A stretch of DNA of 64,000 nucleotides from an uncultured delta proteobacterium (GTDB taxonomy: Bacteria; Desulfobacterota; Binatia; UBA9968). Below, piece by piece: positions 56,801 through 64,000 of the stretch. Under the pieces are notes generated by a model. That model saw only the letters and a program-made list of their open reading frames with translations. It did no database searches and was not told the DNA's origin. Every line of letters begins with the position of its first letter. Positions within the stretch are counted from its first letter, which is position 1. Made by a program: the position numbers and the translations under genes. The stretch covers positions 32,001 through 96,000 of the forward strand of contig CAWJZV010000027.1 of NCBI GenBank assembly GCA_963847445.1, in the 5' to 3' direction.

Positions 56801-58084
56801 TTCGGCTGTTCCAAGAATTGCAGGAACGCACGCGCGAACTGGTGGAATCGGTCGAGGAATTAAAAGCGCTCGGCGAAGTCGGTCAGGCGGTGAGTTCCAG
56901 CCTCGATCTCGAAACGGTGCTTGAAACTATTGTCGCCCGCGCCGTCGATCTGTCGGGAACCGATTGCGGCGTCATCTATGAATATGACGAGGAAGAGCAA
57001 GAGTTTAATTTGCGCGCCAGCCATCAAGATGGAAACCGAGGCGGTCGAAGGCGCTGAGAGCGGCGCGCATACGGCTGGGCGAAGGGTCGGCGGGTCAGGC
57101 GGCGCGTGACTCGCGCGCCGGTGCAGATCCCGGACACGTTGGATACAGCAGGAGCGTACGGCTTCGCGGATCAGACCACTGCTCACCCGCCTCGGTTACC
57201 GCTCGCTTCTGACGGTGCCGCTGTTGCGCGAGCAGCAAATTATGGGAGGTCTGACGGTCTGGCGGCGGCAGGCCGGCGAGTTCGAGCCGGAAGTGATTAA
57301 CCTGCTGCAAACCTTCGCGACGCAATCGGCTCTGGCGATCCACAACGCGCGGCTGTTCCGCGAGATCGGCGACAAAAACCGCGAGATCGAAGCGGCGAAC
57401 CGGCACAAGTCGGAATTTCTCGCCAACGTGTCGCATGAGCTGCGCACGCCGCTCAACGCCATCATCGGTTTCTCGGAAGTGCTGCTGGAAAAGTACTTCG
57501 GCGAGTTGAACGACAAGCAAAATGAATACGTCGACGACATTCTTTCCTCCGGGCGCCATCTGCTGTCGCTGATCAACGACATCCTCGATCTGTCCAAGGT
57601 CGAGGCTGGACGCATGGAATTGGAGGTGACGACGTTTCACCTGCCGGACGCCATCGACAACGCCCTGTTACTGGTGCGCGAGCGCGCCAGCCGGCACGGC
57701 ATTAAACTCGACCAGGCGATCGACGAGCGCTTGGGCGAGTTCACCGGCGACGAGCGCAAGATCAAGCAGATCCTCGTCAATCTACTGACCAACGCGGTGA
57801 AGTTCACGCCCGAGGGCGGCCAGGTGAAGGTCGAGGCGAGGTTGGGCGACAGCGCGGTGATCCTGTCCGTCGTCGACACCGGCATCGGCATCGCCAAGGA
57901 AGACCAGGAAGCGATCTTCGAAGAATTCCGCCAAGCCAGCGGCAACTACGCGCAGAAGCGCGAAGGCACGGGGCTGGGATTGACGCTGACGAAACGTTTC
58001 GTCGAAATGCACGGCGGCAAAATCTGGGTCGAGAGCGAAGTGGGCAAAGGCAGCACTTTTACATTTACGCTGCCGATCGGATAA
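47836..58084 (+). CDS. Giant sensor histidine kinase: 18 tandem GAF domains + HisKA + HATPase (many indels)
   Basis: 18 [12 protein letters not shown]-type GAF C-terminal helices spaced ~510-550 bp; [30 protein letters not shown]; no transmembrane segment seen. Confidence 0.85.
51091..54680 (+). repeat. Four near-identical ~510-bp GAF modules at ~1.02-1.04-kb period
   Basis: GGAACTCGGCGAGCGCAACGCGGAATTG.. starts at 51091, 52115, 53150, 54165. Confidence 0.92.
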
Positions 58085-58120
58085 GAATATTATCCCGCAA
58101 AGGCGCAAAGACGCGAAGTT

Positions 58121-58565
58121 ATGACGGAAGGACGACGGAGGTAAGAGTTCGAAAGGCGCAAAGCGAAGTTCGATGAAGAGTGCATCGGAACAAGTGTCTT
58201 GGATGCTGCGATTGAGGTGCATCGGGAGCTTGGGCCTGGGTTGCTTGAATCGACGTTTACGAGCAATGTCTTGGCTTATGAACTCGAGACAGCGCGGTAT
58301 TCCGTGTCAATCTTCAAGTGCCGATTCCGATTCGACTATAAAGAAATGACATTCGACGCGGCATACCGAGTCGATCTCGTTGGTGGAGGAAAAGAGTCAT
58401 CGTTGAACTTAAAGTCGTTGATCAGTTACTGCCGAGCTCATAAGAAACAGGTGCAGACCTATTTGCGACTTACCGGATGCAAGCTTGGTTTGCTGATCAA
58501 TTTTGGCGTACGGTCTTGATGAAAGCGTGTCGATGATTCGTGTGGTTAATGGACTCGACGACTGA
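58121..58565 (+). pseudogene. GxxExxY protein (PD-(D/E)xK-like), frameshifted
   Basis: DAAIEVHRELGPGLLES..YE, YRVDL, HKKQVQTYLRLTGCKLGLLINFG, IRVVNGL; start uncertain. Confidence 0.85.
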
Positions 58566-58635
58566 ACTTCGTGTCTCCGTGGTGAAAACTTCGCGTACTT
58601 GGTAGCAGGAGAATATATCCGAGAGCAGATCCAAG

Positions 58636-59014
58636 ATGGCAAACGAACTAATACTGATCATCGAGGACAATGAGAAGAACCGGAAGCTTGTGCCGCGATG
58701 TGTTGCAGGTGAAAGGGTATCGGACTATCGAGTCGGAGACCGCTGAGCAGGGGCTGGAGCTTGCGCGCAGCGAGGCGCCGGCGCTGATTCTCATGGACAT
58801 TCAGTTGCCGGGCATGGACGGGATCACGGCGATGAAGCAATTGAAGGCGGAAGCGCAGACGCAGAACATCCCGATCATCGCGATCACCGCGTCGGCGATG
58901 ACGAATAATCGGACGGCGATGTTGGCCGAAGGCTTCGACGGCTATCAGACCAAGCCGATCACGTTGAAAGATTTTTTCGCTGAAGTGGAACGGGTTCTTG
59001 CGGGGCGGAAGTAA
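58636..59014 (+). CDS. Single-domain response regulator (DivK-like), one indel
   Basis: ILIIEDN, LILMDIQLPGMDG, AITA, TKPI. Confidence 0.9.
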
Positions 59015-59709
59015 ATTCGAAGCACGAATTTCGAAATCCGAAACAAACAAGCTCAAAATTCGAATTCTGAAGGACCAAACTCGAAACAAATCCAATGAAA
59101 TGCGAAACAGAATCAATATTCAAAATGACATGGAAGTGACGACCAGAACGTATGAAAGAAAATCGCATCGGCCTGTACGATCTTGAAGACCGAACGTTTG
59201 ATTTTGCCAAGACGATACGAGCTTGTACCAGGCAGTTGCCGAAAACGTTGTCGAATTTGGAAGATATCAAGCAAGTAGTGCGTTCGTCCGGTTCTGTTGG
59301 AGCGAACTACATTGAGGCGAATGAGTCGTTGAGTAAGAAGGACTTCCTGATGAGAGTCAAGATTTGCCGCAAGGAAGCCAAGGAAAGCCGGTATTGGTTG
59401 CGATTGATCGACTCAGGGGACGACGCGGCAATTAAGAAGCAATGTGATCTCCTCGTCCAGGAAGCTACCGAGCTAACCAACATTTTTGGAGCAATTTTGC
59501 GTAAGAGCGAATAGCCATGGAATGCAAATTCGAAGCACGAAAGAAGCCCCGCGGACCGAAAGCAACCCGCGGATCGAAACAAATCCAATCAAGGGAGAAA
59601 CACAAAATCCCAAACGAGCATTTTCGGATTCCCGGTTTTGGATTTTCATAGTTTGAGACTTATTTGACTGCGTTTGTTTCGGATTTCGTGCTTCGGATTT
59701 CGAATTTAC
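59011..59709. mobile_element. Inverted-repeat-bounded element carrying a four-helix-bundle gene
   Basis: GTAAATTCGAA..CGAAATCCGAAACAAAC (59011-59048) versus GTTTGTTTCGGATTTCG..TTCGAATTTAC (59672-59709). Confidence 0.65.
59152..59514 (+). CDS. Four-helix-bundle protein (23S rRNA intervening-sequence protein family, TIGR02436-like)
   Basis: DLEDRTFDFA, QVVRSSGSVGANYIEA, KICRKEAKESRYWLRL, EATELTNIF. Confidence 0.92.
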   Translation: MKENRIGLYDLEDRTFDFAKTIRACTRQLPKTLSNLEDIKQVVRSSGSVGANYIEANESLSKKDFLMRVKICRKEAKESRYWLRLIDSGDDAAIKKQCDLLVQEATELTNIFGAILRKSE

Positions 59710-59713
59710 TGGA

Positions 59714-60829
59714 ATGAATACACCCGCTAAAATTCTTGTCGTCGACGACACGCCGCGCAATGTGAAGCTGTTGGCCGATTTGCTGGGCGTGAAGGGCTAT
59801 GCGGTGGTGACGGCTGCGTCGGGACGGGAGGCGTTGCTGAAGATCGACGCAGAGCCACCGGATTTAGTTCTTTTAGACGTCGTCATGCCGGAGATGAGCG
59901 GCTATGAAGTTTGCCTGAAGATTCGCGATAATCCGGCGACGGCGATGCTGCCGGTGGTCATGGTCACGGCGCTCGATCCCAGTGTCGAACGGGTGAAAGG
60001 CATCGACGCCGGCGCGGACGATTTTCTCACCAAGCCGATCAATCAATCGGAGCTGCTGGCGCGGGTGAAGTCGCTGCTGCGCGTCAAAGAATTGCATGAC
60101 ATAGTCCAGGTGCAGGCGGCGCAATTGGCTGAGTGGAACAAGACGCTGGAATTGCGCGTTCAGACACAGGTGGAACAACTGGAACGATTGGAACGGCTCA
60201 AACGATTCTTCTCGCCGCAACTCGCCGAATTGATTGTCGCGGGCGGCGCGGACGATCCGCTCAAGACGCACCGGCGCGATGTGACGGTGGTGTTCGTCGA
60301 TCTGCGCGGCTTCACGGGGTTCGCCGAAACCGCCGAGCCCGAGGAAGTGATGGGCGTGCTGCGCGAATATCATGCGGCCATGGGCCAACTGATCATGGAG
60401 CATGAGGGCACGCTCGAGTGTTTCATCGGCGATGGCATGATGGTGATTTTCAACGATCCGGTGCCGGTGCCTAATCCGCAAGAGCGCGCGGTCCGCATGG
60501 CGCTGGCGATGCGCGGGCGCTTCGAGGAACTGTCCCGGGCGTGGAGCAAGCTCGGTTATGACATCGGTATGGGCGTCGGCATCGCTCAGGGTTACGCGAC
60601 CATCGGCGCCATCGGCTTCGAGGGGCGTTGGGACTACGGCTCCATCGGCACGGTTTGTAACCTGGCTTCGCGCCTATGCGGCGAGGCCAAGCCGGGGCAG
60701 ATTTTGCTTCCGCAACGGCTGCTCGCGAGCATCGCCGATCTCGCCGAGGTCGAACCCGTCGGTGAGTTGTCATTGAAGGGTTTTCAGCGCGCGGTTGTTG
60801 CTTACAACGTGCTGGGGCTCAAGGAATAG
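59714..60829 (+). CDS. Response regulator fused to class III adenylate/guanylate cyclase
   Basis: REC (VVDD, LDVVMP, TKP); FVDLRGFT, GDG, NLASRL. Confidence 0.92.
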   Translation: MNTPAKILVVDDTPRNVKLLADLLGVKGYAVVTAASGREALLKIDAEPPDLVLLDVVMPEMSGYEVCLKIRDNPATAMLPVVMVTALDPSVERVKGIDAGADDFLTKPINQSELLARVKSLLRVKELHDIVQVQAAQLAEWNKTLELRVQTQVEQLERLERLKRFFSPQLAELIVAGGADDPLKTHRRDVTVVFVDLRGFTGFAETAEPEEVMGVLREYHAAMGQLIMEHEGTLECFIGDGMMVIFNDPVPVPNPQERAVRMALAMRGRFEELSRAWSKLGYDIGMGVGIAQGYATIGAIGFEGRWDYGSIGTVCNLASRLCGEAKPGQILLPQRLLASIADLAEVEPVGELSLKGFQRAVVAYNVLGLKE

Positions 60830-61087
60830 GGACGCAAGGCGTGAGGGGTAAGGACTAAGAATTTCGCGCAAAGGCGTCCAAGGCGCAAAGTTGGCACACA
60901 AGAAAGATCCGAAGAATCATCTTCCGAAAGGCGTCAAATGACGCCAAGTTGACAAGAAGATAAATCCGAAATCTTAGCTCTGAGACTCCAATGACTAATT
61001 ATGGATTTTCCAAGCATAATGTTTGACAGGCATTTGAGTTCTGTTACGCATCTTTGCGCGATCTTCGGATTTCGAATTTGATTTCTT

Positions 61088-61804
61088 ATGGTTCAACCTC
61101 GTAATGCTTCCACTGTTGTTCTGCTGCGTCCCGATGAAATGGGCGGTTTTGAAATTCTGCTGACGCGCCGGCCGGAGACCATGCGCTTTCTCGGCGGCTT
61201 CTACGTTTTCCCCGGCGGTACGGTGCATCGCGATGATTTCTCTCCAGAGATGCTGCGGCGCTGTCGGCGTTTGACCGGCGCGGAGGCGCGGCAGATTCTC
61301 GGCAGTCATCACGAGCCGGCTGAAGCCATCGGTCATTGGGTGGCGGTGGCGCGGGAGTTGTTCGAGGAAGTCGGGATTCTCCTCGGGTTGACGAATCTGG
61401 CGAGAGCTTATCATCGCGATTGACGACGACACCCGGCGGCGGCTCGAGCAGAAACGCCAGGCGATCGTCAATAAGCAGCTGGATTTCGCCGGATTCTTGG
61501 AATCGGAGGATCTTTTCTGCGATCTTACACGGGTGGTCTACTTCGACCATTGGGTGACGCCGGAGATTTATTCGATGCGCTTCGATACGCGCTTTTATGT
61601 CGGCGATGCTGCCGTCGGGACAAGTTCCATTGACGCTGCTCAGAAGAGGTGACCCACAGTCTATGGATCAAGCCGGCGGAAGCGTTAGCGCGCATGAACC
61701 GGCGCGACTTTCCGATCTTGCCGCCGACCACCACGGTGTTGCAGGAATTTTCTCGATTCCCCTCCTGGGAAGATCTCAGCGCAGAATTCAAATTTAGCTT
61801 CTGA
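61088..61804 (+). CDS. NUDIX hydrolase (NUDT19-like), frameshifted
   Basis: VFPGG, RELFEEVG, HWVTP....RFDTRF, ILPPT. Confidence 0.85.
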
Positions 61805-61894
61805 AGAGCGCGTTTCTGCCTTGCTAGATCACGGTTGAACCCAGTAAAAGTATTGGGGTTGTTATCGAATCCACAAATCACAGGAGGAATTATT

Positions 61895-62398
61895 ATGGCT
61901 ACGGTTAAGTTCAAAGACAGCGTGCTGACCTTGCTCGGCAACGAGGTGAAGGTTGGCCAGGCCGCGCCGGATTTCAAAGTGCAGAAGAGCGCCGACATGA
62001 GCGACTATACGTTGGCGAGCGGCGCCGGAAAAACCAGGATAATCGCTACGGTGCCTTCATTGGATACGCCGGTGTGCGATGTCGAGGCGAAGCGCTTTAA
62101 CGAAGAAGCGAGCAAGCTCGCCAACGTCGAAGTCGTCGTCGTCAGCATGGATCTGCCGTTTGCGCAGAAGCGCTGGTGCGGCGCTTCCAGCGTCGATAAA
62201 ATCATCACCGCGAGCGATCATCGCGAGGCATCTTTCGGTAAAAATTATGGCTTGTTGATTTCCGGCGGGCCGCTCGATCGAGTGCTGGCGCGCGCGGTCT
62301 TCGTCGTTGGCGCTGACAATAAGCTCAAACATGTCGAATACGTCGGCAGCATCGGCGAGCATCCTAACTACGACGCTGCTCTGGCCGCTGCCAAGTAA
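61895..62398 (+). CDS. tpx: Thiol peroxidase (Tpx-type peroxiredoxin)
   Basis: VPSLDTPVC, SMDLPFAQKRWC, LARAVFV, HPNYD. Confidence 0.95.
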   Translation: MATVKFKDSVLTLLGNEVKVGQAAPDFKVQKSADMSDYTLASGAGKTRIIATVPSLDTPVCDVEAKRFNEEASKLANVEVVVVSMDLPFAQKRWCGASSVDKIITASDHREASFGKNYGLLISGGPLDRVLARAVFVVGADNKLKHVEYVGSIGEHPNYDAALAAAK

Positions 62399-62432
62399 CT
62401 CTCGCAATCTGCTCCTTATTTAAGTCAAAGGG

Positions 62433-62467
62433 CCTGCCCGGCGGGTGAATCTTCCCGCCGGGCAGGA
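62433..62467. terminator. GC-rich hairpin after tpx
   Basis: CCTGCCCGGCGGG..CCCGCCGGGCAGG. Confidence 0.6.
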
Positions 62468-62622
62468 ATCTCGCGCCTCATTCTCCTGTCTGAGCAGTTA
62501 ACGACTTAGATTGAACGCTCCTTTACTCGCGCTTCCCGTATTGAAAATTGCCAGTTAATGCTTATATTACCCTCCGGGCGTTCTTACGGAACGCTTAATT
62601 TTATTAGGAGGAAAAAATCATC

Positions 62623-63092
62623 ATGATCGGAGTTGGACAACAGGCGCCTGATTTTGAGCTGGTGAGCCACTTGGCTGGAACCAAGTTCACCCTGAGCCAG
62701 TTCAAAGGCCAGAAAAATGTCATGTTGGTGTTCTATCCACTGGATTGGACACCCACTTGAAGCAAGGAGGTTCCTGGACTCGAAGCGCTGAAAAGCGAGT
62801 TTCAGGGCTGCGACACCCAAGTTTTGGGTGTTAGCGTCGATAGCAGATTCTCCCATGACAACTGGGCAAAATCGCTGGGCGGCATCTCCTTCCCGCTGCT
62901 TCAAGATTTTCATCCCAAGGGAGATATGGCCAAGAAATATGGCGCATATCTCGAAGACAAAGGCATCACCGACCGCGCCACGGTTATTATCGACAAGCAG
63001 GGCGTGGTGCGTTACGCTGCATCGGTGACACCGGCGGGGAGCGCAATCCGAAAGATCTCTTGGCGGAATGTCAGAAGATCAACAAGGGATAA
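62623..63092 (+). CDS. Selenocysteine peroxiredoxin (AhpC/AhpE-like); TGA 62758-62760 = Sec46
   Basis: AGGAGG RBS; MIGVGQQAPDFEL..VFYPLDWTPT-TGA-SKEVPGL..VLGVSVDSRFSH..W..RATVIIDKQG in one frame; a probable 1-nt deletion ~63040 gives C-terminus ERNPKDLLAECQKINKG*. Confidence 0.88.
62773..62806 (+). promoter_or_regulatory. Candidate bacterial SECIS hairpin
   Basis: CCTGGACTC..CGCT-GAAA-AGCG-AGTTTCAGG; stem starts 12 nt after UGA; G-first apical loop at 62790. Confidence 0.65.
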
Positions 63093-63102
63093 GAGGCGGC
63101 CA

Positions 63103-63342
63103 ATGGCGATGGAACTTTACTTTTACAACGAATGCGGTTTCTGCCAGAGCGTGCTCAGCTGCATGACCAATCTTCACTGCGATGAAAAGATCGTCAAGAA
63201 GAATATTCGCGAGAGCCCGGACAGCGAAACGGAGTTGATTCAACTGACCGGCGCTAAAACAGTTCCGGTGTTGGTGGTCGACGGCAAGCCGATCAAGGGC
63301 TCCGAGCAGATCAATCAATTTCTCGTGGGCAAGTTCATGTAG
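63103..63342 (+). CDS. Glutaredoxin-like protein
   Basis: CGFC dithiol, TVPVLVVDG. Confidence 0.88.
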   Translation: MAMELYFYNECGFCQSVLSCMTNLHCDEKIVKKNIRESPDSETELIQLTGAKTVPVLVVDGKPIKGSEQINQFLVGKFM

Positions 63343-63365
63343 CCGATGGCTGGATCAATATTGAC

Positions 63366-63400
63366 AAAAAGGGGACGGAAGCAATCCGCCCCCTTTTTTT
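63366..63400. terminator. Bidirectional intrinsic terminator
   Basis: AAAAAGGGG-ACGGA..TCCG-CCCC followed by a T run. Confidence 0.75.
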
Positions 63401-63602
63401 GTAATTTGGGATTGGCAGGCTTAGCCGCGAAGAACGCAAAAATAAATTCGAGCTACTCCCGCCAAGGCGCCAAGTTAAATTAAAAGGCGAAGTTCTGAAT
63501 CCTTCGTTTAATGTTCGGCGCAGTGCATGTTTACTTCGTGAACATTGCCTAGCCCACGTCGAAGACTTGCGTCGGGCGCGGCGCTAGAATAACCAATCTT
63601 CT

Positions 63603-64000
63603 ATGTCGTTTTCCGTTGCCTCGTATAATGTTCTCGCCACGCGCGTACATTCAGCGCGCCTGGTATCGGCGCACGCCGGCGCTGGTGTTAAATCCCGCCT
63701 GGCGCGTGCCGGCGTTGGTGCAGTATATCTCCGTGCTCAACGCCGATCTCTTTTGCTTGCAGGAAGTCGAGCCGGTAACCTTCGTCGCATTGCGCAGCTA
63801 TCTCGGCGAGCGCGGCTACGGTGCGGAATACGCGCGTAAACTCGCGGGGCGTCCCGAGGGGTTGGCGGTCTTTTATCGGCGCACCTGCTTTGATTGGGGC
63901 AGTGCCAGGGTGATCCCATACGCCGACGGCGCTGGAGTAGCGGCGGACAGCGGCTACGTTGCCCAGTTAGTACTATTACGGCATGCAGAAAAGATCCTCG
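63603..64000 (+). CDS. Endonuclease/exonuclease/phosphatase (CCR4/nocturnin-like), partial, indel near start
   Basis: VASYNVLA, ADLFCLQEVE, EGLAVFYR. Confidence 0.8.

Noticed and set aside
59152-59514. Four-helix-bundle gene as DGR avd
   Set aside because: No RT or template repeat adjacent; the motifs fit the widespread intervening-sequence subfamily
60170-60205. QLERLERLKR resembling the TTGAAC repeat inserted in a CDS
   Set aside because: It fits the normal coiled-coil linker preceding the cyclase domain
62824-63342. Apparent peroxiredoxin-glutaredoxin fusion ORF
   Set aside because: Adding one G in the run at ~63040 restores a normal peroxiredoxin C-terminus and stop (63092), and the glutaredoxin has its own GAGG/ATG; probably an indel artefact, though reads should confirm

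Overview
A GC-rich bacterial chromosomal segment. The abundance of orphan Bug/TctC and NitT/TauT-type binding proteins, amidohydrolase, Rieske and LLM enzymes resembles Candidatus Binatia-like Deltaproteobacteria (inference). Single-base indels break many genes, which most likely reflects long-read error. Contents: transport and catabolic genes (8 orphan substrate-binding proteins, 5 tandem MFS paralogues, a TAXI-TRAP system), a decayed defence/toxin-antitoxin islet (13.3-15.1 kb) with a degenerate attC-like site, further TA remnants and one intact VapBC, and many nested intergenic palindromic repeats and MITEs. Highlights: (1) a ~10.2-kb histidine kinase gene with 18 tandem GAF domains, in which four near-identical GAF copies alternate with unique ones and vary mainly non-synonymously at the same few codons; (2) an unannotated selenocysteine peroxiredoxin (in-frame TGA at the TxxU active site plus a SECIS-like hairpin) between tpx and a glutaredoxin; (3) GxxExxY and four-helix-bundle genes enclosed in inverted repeats and inserted between the genes of the signalling operon. 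No rRNA, tRNA, CRISPR array, transposase, integrase or reverse transcriptase was recognised.
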